53,292 bases of DNA from a virus. The stretch covers positions 1 to 53,292 of IMG/VR virus record IMGVR_UViG_3300037297_000142; one strand, 5' to 3'. Positions within the stretch are counted from its first letter, which is position 1, and every line of letters begins with the position of its first letter. The position numbers were made by a program, and so were the translations under genes. The notes under the pieces were generated by a model that saw only the letters and a list, made by a program, of their open reading frames with translations, made no database searches and had not been told where the DNA came from. This document shows positions 8,221 to 15,811 of the stretch, one piece after another.

Positions 8221-8400
8221 TCACCAAGAATTTCCATCTCTATCATTCCAATGGAATGAATTACCCTGCGCTGTATTGCATTCATAACAATATCCATTTT
8301 CAATATTATTAGTTTCTTCACAGAAACTGTCTCCACAATTTTGACACGTAGCGACAATTTCTTTGTCACATTCCAAATGACCGGAACATTTCTTTGACAT
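8221..8400 (-). CDS. Small Cys-rich (zinc-ribbon-like) protein (59 aa)
   Basis: Start at internal ATG 8400. MSKKCSGHLECDKEIVATCQNCGDSFCEE...YCYECN has several CxxC pairs. Confidence 0.5.
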   Translation of the reverse strand: MSKKCSGHLECDKEIVATCQNCGDSFCEETNNIENGYCYECNTAQGNSFHWNDRDGNSW

Positions 8401-8485
8401 TTCTTGCTCTCTTTCTCGGGCATTACTCCCGTCCAGGCTGTCCGCGGACAACCCAGAGAGGAGGGGGATTTCTCCCCCTGCCGTG
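8401..8485 (-). promoter_or_regulatory. GC-rich structured leader L3
   Basis: Hairpins GGGGGA-GAAA-UCCCCC, GGGUUGUCC/GGACAGCCU and CGGG/CCCG. A CCUCCUCUCU tract could pair with the downstream SD GAGAAAGAGAG. Confidence 0.55.
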
Positions 8486-8908
8486 TTAGTATATAGTAAG
8501 TAGATTTTTGTTCTTTTTTCCTATTACCCCTTGAGGGAATAAAGGCATCTCATTAAATGGAATTGTAAATTCCGCACCTGCATGAATCTCATCATACTTG
8601 CGTACGATGAAAAAATCATAACCACATTTCTCTATTTCCTGCCGAGAGAGTATTTTCCCTTCAGGTGGCCGCTTGCGAAGCTGGAACACTATTGCAATAT
8701 CATCACAAGTTTGTTCATACTTAATACGATTTACGGGCACTTCTATTTCAAGAAGTTCTGACATAATTTGAGCCGTCGAATTGTGTCCTATTACGGATTC
8801 ATAATCGTTATCAGCAATAAGTAGTTTTACTTCCAGGAGTGTAATTTTCTTTTTCAAGAAAATTCCTTCTGTAGTCATAATACTACAGTTCATTAATGTT
8901 ATTTGCAC
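8486..8908 (-). CDS. DUF1874 (STIV B116-like) family protein
   Basis: 140 aa. SVIGHNSTAQIMSELLEIEVPVNRI...IAIVFQLRKRPPEGKIL matches my recollection of the AIGH..tA...vp.nR...qL.gR..EG pattern. Confidence 0.6.
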   Translation of the reverse strand: MQITLMNCSIMTTEGIFLKKKITLLEVKLLIADNDYESVIGHNSTAQIMSELLEIEVPVNRIKYEQTCDDIAIVFQLRKRPPEGKILSRQEIEKCGYDFFIVRKYDEIHAGAEFTIPFNEMPLFPQGVIGKKNKNLLTIY

Positions 8909-9087
8909 AATAAACCCCTTTCTTGTAATTCTTCAATTTCAGCATTACTTACTTTTTCAAGTATCCGTAAATACTGACATCCATATGATCCGCATTTGTC
9001 TCTATACCACCCATTTTCTGTTTTATGGTACATAATTGCCGCTGTACCATTATTGAAATCAACAATATGACTTTCCATTATCTTCAT
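8899..9087 (-). CDS. Hypothetical protein (62 aa)
   Basis: Track ORF; overlaps the DUF1874 gene start by 10 nt, consistent with translational coupling. Confidence 0.5.
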   Translation of the reverse strand: MKIMESHIVDFNNGTAAIMYHKTENGWYRDKCGSYGCQYLRILEKVSNAEIEELQERGLLCK

Positions 9088-9219
9088 ATTCTTCCTCTTC
9101 TCTCTGCCACGTACCCGGCAGCCGGTAATTTCGCCCAGGCACCCCGCAGGGTGACCGGGTAAAATGAGGAGAGTTTGTACAGTACTCTCCTCAATAAAGA
9201 CTTAATAATATTCGTTCGC
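9088..9219 (-). promoter_or_regulatory. Leader L4: intrinsic terminator followed by GC-rich hairpins
   Basis: UGAGGAGAGU/ACUCUCCUCA stem plus UUUU (9161-9193), then CACCC/GGGUG and CUGCC/GGCAG hairpins. The motif GCCGGGUAC is shared with L1. Confidence 0.55.
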
Positions 9220-9369
9220 AAGTAACCATGAAAATGCGGATTCCTCAGCATCTTCTTTTTGATCAAAGGGCGGGACATTACTGCTATTCGTAATTTCCTG
9301 CCCATTATCGTATATTACATACGACCATGTTTCCGTAGTCTGATTATAATCATATTTCGTCGTTATCAT
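9220..9369 (-). CDS. Small hypothetical protein (49 aa)
   Basis: ATG 9369 after GGAGAG. MITTKYDYNQTTETWSYVIYDNGQEITNSSNVPPFDQKEDAEESAFSWLLANEYY. Shorter than the track cut-off. Confidence 0.4.
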
Positions 9370-9467
9370 GATTCTCTCCTTTCCCCTTAACCCTGGGGGT
9401 AGGGTAAATATAGGAAACCGGGGGAATTGAACCCCCTCCCGTGATGGTCAGCCTTGTTTCCGTGTGC
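9370..9467 (-). promoter_or_regulatory. Leader L5: tRNA-like acceptor/T-arm minihelix plus the conserved CCCCCAGGGUUAAGGGG block
   Basis: RNA reads GGAAAC..(19 nt)..GGGGG-UUCAAUU-CCCCC-GUUUCC (9412-9461), followed by the block at 9383-9399. Confidence 0.5.
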
Positions 9468-9728
9468 TTAATTGAAAATCGTTGTGAAATTGTTTGCTTT
9501 CCATAGCCGAATAAGATCTTCTTTTTCATAATCAAGGTGATTAAAAAAGAAAACCAATTCTGAAAAGTTTTCTTTCTCCCATGTCTGCTTAATTGCATTT
9601 CTGATTGCAGTAATCAGAAATGCATATTTGTTTTGTCTTCTTTCGTTTTTTGTACAAAAAGAAAGTTTTCTTTCCAATTCTACATATATTTTTCCTTTGA
9701 AAGATTCCTGTTTCTCTGTAAGTTCCAT
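9468..9728 (-). CDS. Hypothetical protein (86 aa)
   Basis: Start moved to ATG 9728 (MELTEKQESF), which follows AAGGGAGAAAGAAGGGAA. The track's N-terminal extension lies in the GC-rich leader. Confidence 0.5.
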   Translation of the reverse strand: MELTEKQESFKGKIYVELERKLSFCTKNERRQNKYAFLITAIRNAIKQTWEKENFSELVFFFNHLDYEKEDLIRLWKANNFTTIFN

Positions 9729-10046
9729 AATTCCCTTCTTTCTCCCTTTCGGGTAATTACAAGCAGGAAGCCGAATCAATACACTTCCTCGACCGTAGGT
9801 TCCCACATGATTCGGTTTCACTTCCTGCTATGGAAACATGCGCCCTTGAAACGCCCGTCAGCCTGGTTACTGATTGTTCCCCTGTTCTGTTTTTCCCCGC
9901 CGTTTCGGTTAGTCCTGGGCTTTTTCGGTTTCCCGCTTTCCACCTGTACGCTCTTTCAGGTTTCTGCCCTCAACCCCGATGTGGTCACTTCCGGCCACCC
10001 GGCTGCTTATCAAATAACATCCGCCCTGCTGTTTCCCTCACTCTCT
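9729..10046 (-). promoter_or_regulatory. Long (about 318 nt) purine-rich, GC-rich untranslated leader L6 / candidate structured RNA
   Basis: 57% GC where counted (9841-9900), in an AT-rich genome. Stops in all three minus-strand frames. GAAA-capped hairpins, a long-range GGAAACA/UGUUUCC pairing and a 17-bp interrupted hairpin at 9762-9829. Confidence 0.55.
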
Positions 10047-10052
10047 ATTAAT

Positions 10053-10081
10053 AGTATACTCCAATATCGTTTAAACGTCAA
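10053..10081 (-). promoter_or_regulatory. Sigma70-type promoter driving leader L6
   Basis: TTGACG, 17 nt, TATACT on the minus strand. Confidence 0.6.
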
Positions 10082-10131
10082 GCATTTTATGAAAAATAAT
10101 TAAAAGAATTTCATTTTTTTTTCTCATGATA

Positions 10132-10317
10132 CTACTTGTTTGTTAAGCTTTTTTTCTTATTCTGTTTCTTTTCTTCTATTGTATTAATGTCAGCATCGGT
10201 ATACATATATTCCCTACCTAATTTTTTTCCGATTTCTCCATTTTTTGACCATCGCTGAAGAGCGCGAATTGATACCCCGGTTATTTCTGAAATTTCCTGT
10301 GAATTGTATATTTTCAT
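10132..10317 (-). CDS. Small HTH DNA-binding protein (MerR/excisionase-like)
   Basis: 61 aa. SQEISEITGVSIRALQRWSKNG is a typical helix-turn-helix. Divergent from a palindromic operator. Confidence 0.6.
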   Translation of the reverse strand: MKIYNSQEISEITGVSIRALQRWSKNGEIGKKLGREYMYTDADINTIEEKKQNKKKSLTNK

Positions 10318-10337
10318 TTTATAGCCTCCTGATTATA

Positions 10338-10403
10338 AATATATAAAAAAAACGTATAAACGTCAACCTTTTACTTGACGTTTATACGATAATGTATTAT
10401 ATT
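10338..10403. promoter_or_regulatory. Divergent promoter pair built on a perfect 14-bp inverted repeat
   Basis: CGTATAAACGTCAA (10353-10366), 8 nt, TTGACGTTTATACG (10375-10388). Each arm supplies a TTGACG -35 box, 17 nt from a TATATT -10 on its own strand. Confidence 0.65.
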
Positions 10404-10427
10404 TATAGTATGATCAAGGAGGGAAAC

Positions 10428-10718
10428 ATGAAATACAATTTAAACGCTATTATGACAGCAGCCCACGGATTAAGGAAACAATACAATATTACATTATCAA
10501 AAGCACTTCAAATGGCATGGGCAGGGGTAAAAAGCGGAATAACCTATCAGGACTGGAAAGCGAACAAAATAGCGGCCATGGTTGCCAGAAATAAAAGATA
10601 CGCTTTCAAGGTTGCTTATGATGTTTCCCCCTTAAAATACCTTGCAACACGTAAGGCGGTGCAGGCACAGGGTAATTGCGATGTTGAGATCGATACCCTG
10701 GATTTTCAAAATATGTAA
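10428..10718 (+). CDS. Hypothetical protein (96 aa)
   Basis: Start at ATG 10428 after GGAGGGAAAC. Its leader at 10398-10433 is almost identical to that of minus-strand gene 39762..40049. Confidence 0.55.
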   Translation: MKYNLNAIMTAAHGLRKQYNITLSKALQMAWAGVKSGITYQDWKANKIAAMVARNKRYAFKVAYDVSPLKYLATRKAVQAQGNCDVEIDTLDFQNM

Positions 10719-10729
10719 AGGAGTATTTT

Positions 10730-10942
10730 ATGAAATTAAACGGAATTCGTGTCTTATTCGATTATCACAAAGTAAATAAATTGACGCTTCATGTAGTTGT
10801 CAATGGTAAAACAATTGTTAGAGAAGTGCCATTTAAAAATTTTACACGTATTTGTCAAGATGTTCTGAATATGATAGATGACTACGGGAAACATGAAAAA
10901 ACAATAGAGTCATATGATTTTATTTTATATCCGGGAGATTAA
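10730..10942 (+). CDS. Hypothetical protein (70 aa)
   Basis: Track ORF with a GGAG RBS; second gene of a small plus-strand islet inside the early arm. Confidence 0.5.
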   Translation: MKLNGIRVLFDYHKVNKLTLHVVVNGKTIVREVPFKNFTRICQDVLNMIDDYGKHEKTIESYDFILYPGD

Positions 10943-11177
10943 AAAACCTGTTCTTTTTTCTTATATGATTATTAAAACCTTCGGGATTCCCGGGGCTTTC
11001 ATGTATTCTTTTTTTCAATTCATTAAAATCGTTTTCATATATCGTAAAAGGTGTATTTTTATTACCGGATATAAAATGAGGCACACCGATACAAGCGCAG
11101 TGCTTTCTAATACATACCTGTGATTTATTCAATAATTTCGCTGCTGTTTTTGTTCCAATGGGGAATTTTATATTCAT
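10920..11177 (-). CDS. Small DNA-binding-like protein (HTH candidate)
   Basis: 85 aa. GTKTAAKLLNKSQVCIRKHCACIGVPHF resembles the product of 24291..24482. ATGA overlap with the upstream gene. Confidence 0.45.
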   Translation of the reverse strand: MNIKFPIGTKTAAKLLNKSQVCIRKHCACIGVPHFISGNKNTPFTIYENDFNELKKRIHESPGNPEGFNNHIRKKNRFFNLPDIK

Positions 11178-14100
11178 GTATTCTTTCCAATTTCTTCTAT
11201 ATTAATAGTATTCTTTATGAAATTATATATTTCAGATTTTTGACTCATGATAAATCGTGTATGCCCTTCAGGTAATGAATCTTGCATAGCGTCAAAATAT
11301 TTCTGTATGTGCTTATACTTAATAAAATTATCCTGTTCATCATATATTGACCATTGGAAAATTATATTTTCATTTTCCTGTCGTTTCTCTCTTAATGCCT
11401 GGGAAATCGGCTCATGAAAATATAAAGCCCGTTGCCCTGGGGAATGTTTCAATAATGATTTTTCTATCCCTGAAATCGGGTTATAAACAAGGATGTCAAA
11501 TCTATCTATTATTTCACCATTTTTATTAATATCCTGCGTTATTGTTTTAATAATATACTTTCCCTTTAATTTCTGATTTATTGAAAAATCAATATCCCGA
11601 AGAATTATATCAAGTTCAAATGCCGGGAATTTATTCGATGCCATATCCCTTTCTATAATTTCCCATTCATGAATTTCAAAATCAAGAAAATCTATTCTTT
11701 TTTTAAGGTCTTTTATATTTTTTTCATACTGCTGGATATTGCTGTATTGATTCTTTTTTTCTTTAAGCAGTACTTGATTACTTGAAATATTTTTATCAAT
11801 TTCAATTATATTATTATGAATTAAGTACAATTCATTCCCGAGTTCATTATAATTTTTCTCTATGTGAGGATTTATTTTATCCACAAAATCATTTTTATTT
11901 TTTATAAGTATATCAAGTTCATCATTTAAGTTTTTTAGATTTTCTTCATATACTTCAATCTTTGAGTATTGATTAATTGAATTATTAATGGCTGATATAT
12001 CCAGTTCTGTTAATAGCAATTTTTTTAGGTTCTTTATTGTATTTTCACCTTCTTTCATTTCGTCTATTATATTCTGAATATCAAGTTTATTTATATCTTT
12101 TACATGTTCTTTTTTTAATTCAATATATTGATTTATTTGTATATTGTATCCTTTTGCTTTTTTCTCATTTTCTTTTATTATTATTTCATTTTCCTTTATT
12201 GTGTCTTTATTTTTTTTATTGATATGATTGCAATTTTCACAAGGAACGGACAAAAATGAATTCTGGTTTCTTAAATTTTCATTTTCATTAAATAAAATAA
12301 TTATGTTATTCTTTAATTCTTTTATCTTTATATTACAATCAATAATACAGGACTGATGATAATCTCTATCCTGTTTTATTTCTTCTTTCTGTTTTGTTAA
12401 CTGTTGTATTTTTTTATACTGATTTTCTATAGCAATTTTAAACTTTTTATTTTCTGCTAAGTTTTCTTTTAATTTCTTAATATCATTTTTTTTCAATCTT
12501 CTTATTTTTTCTTGTATAATATTTTTCTGAACTTGTTTTGAATGTATTTCATTTTCTATATTTTTAATTTTCATATTAATTAAAATTTGATTTTCATTTT
12601 CTACTTTTAAATTATCAAATTCTTTTCGTTTTTCATTTTCTTCATAAACAAATTCGTTTGCTTTATTATCAAGTATATTTAAATTTCTTTTTAATTCTAC
12701 TATTTTATTCCATATCATATATTTATCTTTTATCAGTTCCAACATAGTATTTTTTTTCATATTTAACCCTGAACACTCAAGGTTTAATATTACTTTTTTT
12801 TCACGGGCATATAATTTCTCTTTTTCCCTTGATATACCTATAATTTCATGATAAGCGTTTCTCATGTCAGTTGAATTTGAGGAAGTTATTGAACTGGTGA
12901 AATTTTTCATTCTCCACGGTTCCTGTGAAAAAAATGACGTGCTTATAAAAGAAGACAAAGGTCCAAAGAACTTTTCGCATTCAATCATGAAATTTTTTAA
13001 TGATAAAGCATTATGAAGATTTCTAAAAAGCATTTTCCCTTCTTCTCTGTAAAACCAGAAACATTCTATTTTGTTTTCTCTTATAGAGATAATGTGTCTG
13101 TGTATAATTCCATTAACGTTAAATTCTTTTTTTATATGACCATCGCCTAAAAATAATTCTTTCAAGCTTCGATAATCAAAACCGATAAACACGGGATAAG
13201 GTGAGGCAAAACCAAAGAAAGAGGATTTTCCTTGTCCGTTATCGCCTTCTATTAATATTAATCCTGTTGTATCTTTTGAAAAATCATAAACAAATGTATT
13301 TTTACCTTGCCCGTCTATACTGAAGATTGAATTTTTTATTTCCAGATAAAGTAAATCTACAATTATTTTTTCCCTGTGCTTTGATTGAAAAGATACATTT
13401 TTTTCTATTTCATTTATTTTATCCTGTGATACTTCATAATCATGAGTATTTTCCCATCCTTTGAAAAAACAATATTTTTCCCATAATGTATTTAATTTCT
13501 CCGCCTGTTCATATGTTATGCGTTGAGATTCTTCTTTTATTATTTCAGGAATTATTTTACAGGAATTGAGAGAATAATTATTTTTAATTTTATTTTCATA
13601 ATCATGGATATTTACTTTCAATAAATCAGCCTTTTTAATTTTTAAATTGATACGAACATCAAAAGAATTACTATTCAATAGATTTTTTGAATATTCTTTT
13701 ATTTTAAAATTATTATAATCAATTTTAAATTTATTTTTTCTTACAACCGGATAATCAATACGGACTGTTTCTGTTAAAAACCTGGGAACAATTTCAGATC
13801 TATAATTTATAAACATATCACTTTTTTTAATTTCAGTTAAATTAAACCCGGGCTGGAAACCTGTACTATTCCAGGGATGATCATCAAAACCGGTGAAACC
13901 AACATAACCGCCGTTTAATATTTTACTTTCACTCGGTGTATGTATATGACCGAAAATATATCTATCTGCGTTTATTTCTGTAAGTATTTTATTATCAATT
14001 ATAAAATCCGTATTTCTTATTATAGGATTATTATGATGGATATTATCAACAAAAACGCCATGCCCTAAAAAAATACAGGGTATATTTTTATTCGCTTCAC

Positions 14101-14560
14101 GGCATGGAACCCAGAATTCTGTTATAAATTTATTTATATTTTCCTGTATTTTTAAATTTGCATCTTTCATGCTACATTTATTTTTTGCAATAAAATGACT
14201 TTTGTCTATTTCCGGTAATCCTATAAAAAGATAATTAAATATAATTTGTGGTTTTTCAGGTTTTATAATATAACAACCAACATTTTTTAATATACTCAAA
14301 CTTCCGGCAGTATCATGCGCAGGGGTGCCGTAAATTATTATTACATTCGTTATAAATGCTAATTCCTTAAAATAATTCTGGATGTAAGAAATATAGTCAT
14401 TATCGGAATTATAAAGAGGCCGGTTAAATATATCACCAGCAATACAAACAAAATGTACACGTTCATTTTCTACCACATATTTTATTTTATCTAAACATGG
14501 TTTCTGCTGTTCAATCCATTTTGGATCAAGGTGAAGGTCCGCAAGTTCAAGTATTTTCAT
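11174..14560 (-). CDS. Fused SbcD/Mre11-like nuclease and SbcC/Rad50-like ATPase (single 1128-aa polypeptide)
   Basis: Phosphoesterase motifs DLHLD, GDIFNR, GTPAHD, GHGVF and GHIHTP. Walker A GDNGQGKS. About 350 aa of coiled coil with a central CENC (zinc-hook-like CxxC). Signature-like SPGQR and Walker B-like IYDEQD. Confidence 0.8.
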   Translation of the reverse strand: MKILELADLHLDPKWIEQQKPCLDKIKYVVENERVHFVCIAGDIFNRPLYNSDNDYISYIQNYFKELAFITNVIIIYGTPAHDTAGSLSILKNVGCYIIKPEKPQIIFNYLFIGLPEIDKSHFIAKNKCSMKDANLKIQENINKFITEFWVPCREANKNIPCIFLGHGVFVDNIHHNNPIIRNTDFIIDNKILTEINADRYIFGHIHTPSESKILNGGYVGFTGFDDHPWNSTGFQPGFNLTEIKKSDMFINYRSEIVPRFLTETVRIDYPVVRKNKFKIDYNNFKIKEYSKNLLNSNSFDVRINLKIKKADLLKVNIHDYENKIKNNYSLNSCKIIPEIIKEESQRITYEQAEKLNTLWEKYCFFKGWENTHDYEVSQDKINEIEKNVSFQSKHREKIIVDLLYLEIKNSIFSIDGQGKNTFVYDFSKDTTGLILIEGDNGQGKSSFFGFASPYPVFIGFDYRSLKELFLGDGHIKKEFNVNGIIHRHIISIRENKIECFWFYREEGKMLFRNLHNALSLKNFMIECEKFFGPLSSFISTSFFSQEPWRMKNFTSSITSSNSTDMRNAYHEIIGISREKEKLYAREKKVILNLECSGLNMKKNTMLELIKDKYMIWNKIVELKRNLNILDNKANEFVYEENEKRKEFDNLKVENENQILINMKIKNIENEIHSKQVQKNIIQEKIRRLKKNDIKKLKENLAENKKFKIAIENQYKKIQQLTKQKEEIKQDRDYHQSCIIDCNIKIKELKNNIIILFNENENLRNQNSFLSVPCENCNHINKKNKDTIKENEIIIKENEKKAKGYNIQINQYIELKKEHVKDINKLDIQNIIDEMKEGENTIKNLKKLLLTELDISAINNSINQYSKIEVYEENLKNLNDELDILIKNKNDFVDKINPHIEKNYNELGNELYLIHNNIIEIDKNISSNQVLLKEKKNQYSNIQQYEKNIKDLKKRIDFLDFEIHEWEIIERDMASNKFPAFELDIILRDIDFSINQKLKGKYIIKTITQDINKNGEIIDRFDILVYNPISGIEKSLLKHSPGQRALYFHEPISQALREKRQENENIIFQWSIYDEQDNFIKYKHIQKYFDAMQDSLPEGHTRFIMSQKSEIYNFIKNTINIEEIGKNT

Positions 14561-15753
14561 AATTTCCCTTTCTTAAAAATATCAACTTCTGAATTATCTT
14601 TAAATTCCTGATGATCTATTTTTATTATTCCCTTTATGCTTTCAATTTTGGAAAGCAAATCAATTGCCTTTGTTTCATCAATTTTATCCCAGTTATCAAG
14701 ATTTGAACAAATATAATTATACGCACGCGGTGTATTTTTTATCGTATAGAGATTTTCATTTTCACCGTTATTATTAATATACTTTTCAATAATAATTTTA
14801 ATTTGTGTTTTTGCGTCCAACTCGGCCGGTTTATCAGTCAACTCGACATTCTGGATATCATCTTCAGACTCGGGAAAATTGGTCAACTCGGCATCCTGTA
14901 AATCTGATTGTATAGGCGCTTCTATCTGATTTGTTCCGAATGTTTCAGCACTGATTTTTTCAATCTGTGCAGTATTACCTTTTCTTATTGCGTCAAGTTT
15001 TGCCATTGTATATAATTTTTGGTATTGTTTTGATCTTACGAATTTTACAAAACCAAAACAACCATAATTTAGTAATTCCTTATTAAAGCCGGTTGGTAAT
15101 CCTGCCAATATTGAAACCACTGCGTTTATCGCTTTTGTGCGTGCAATACCCAGAGCATGAATTTTTAATGTGTCAAGATGTGATTTTCTTTTATAATAAC
15201 TTTGGTATTTAGGATATATTTTGTGCTCTTTTCCGTATTTATCTGTATATGAAAATTTCGTATAACCTTCTGTGAAAGCCTCTTCTTTGTTCCACATGGC
15301 AACCGCTTTATTATAAAATGGATGTTCAGCGCTTTGCGCTCCCGATGTTCTAAATTGCCCGTCACCGGTCCGTCTTATTCCTGCCTTTGTAACCTTAACT
15401 GATATATCCATTAACCTAATTGTTTCTTCGTCAAAATCACTTTTCACAAGAAGAGGATTTATATTAATTCTGCGCTGGACATATTCTACAATCTCATGAT
15501 TTGTATTATCTATCTTACATAGATCTATACCGCACTTTTCAAGTATATCAAGAAAAGTTTCTTTTTTGGGATACCATGTATTTGATGGTTCAATAAAAGT
15601 AAAATGCTTATCAATATCTTCTGGATTAAAAACGAACTCAGAAAATACCGGTTCCCATTCATCAGATTGTAAAGCGGTTTCAATATCTTCCCAATTTGCA
15701 AAACTATTTAATTTAGTTCCATATTTTTTTTCAAAATCCTTTCTTGTTATCAT
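14557..15753 (-). CDS. Hypothetical protein; recombination-module partner (possible single-strand annealing protein)
   Basis: 398 aa; 4-nt overlap with the SbcDC gene. HALGIARTKAINAVVSILAGLPTGF only loosely recalls Erf/Rad52-type motifs, so the functional call is weak. Confidence 0.3.
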   Translation of the reverse strand: MITRKDFEKKYGTKLNSFANWEDIETALQSDEWEPVFSEFVFNPEDIDKHFTFIEPSNTWYPKKETFLDILEKCGIDLCKIDNTNHEIVEYVQRRININPLLVKSDFDEETIRLMDISVKVTKAGIRRTGDGQFRTSGAQSAEHPFYNKAVAMWNKEEAFTEGYTKFSYTDKYGKEHKIYPKYQSYYKRKSHLDTLKIHALGIARTKAINAVVSILAGLPTGFNKELLNYGCFGFVKFVRSKQYQKLYTMAKLDAIRKGNTAQIEKISAETFGTNQIEAPIQSDLQDAELTNFPESEDDIQNVELTDKPAELDAKTQIKIIIEKYINNNGENENLYTIKNTPRAYNYICSNLDNWDKIDETKAIDLLSKIESIKGIIKIDHQEFKDNSEVDIFKKGKL

Positions 15754-15811
15754 AATGATTTACCTCCTGATATTTTTCCTTTCTTAATATAACAATATTA
15801 TTATGTTACCG

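Noticed and set aside
9412-9461. tRNA 3'-half-like sequence as evidence for an attP site and a temperate lifestyle
   Set aside because: No integrase, recombinase, excisionase-integrase pair or repressor/Cro-like module could be identified anywhere in the 53 kb, so lysogeny cannot be supported from this sequence.
9729-10046. Partial resemblance of the 5' end of leader L6 (AGAGAGUGAGGGAAA) to the SAM-I and T-box stem I boxes, and of GUGGGAACCUACGG to the T-box sequence
   Set aside because: The remaining conserved elements I remember for those classes are absent. These include the SAM-I GGCCC...CAGCAACC, the T-box specifier architecture, UGGUACCGCG and a terminator/antiterminator pair. I also could not match cobalamin, TPP, c-di-GMP, ydaO or ykkC cores. 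It stays unclassified pending cmscan.
9084-10103. Track ORFs 9084..9305(-), 9633..10103(+), 9830..10051(+) and the N-terminal extensions of 9468..9821, 7114..7971 and 8221..8451
   Set aside because: They lie in or across the GC-rich leaders and lack RBSs. Their compositionally odd sequences are rich in R, P, G, C or F/L/S. They conflict with RBS-preceded internal starts or better-supported small ORFs.
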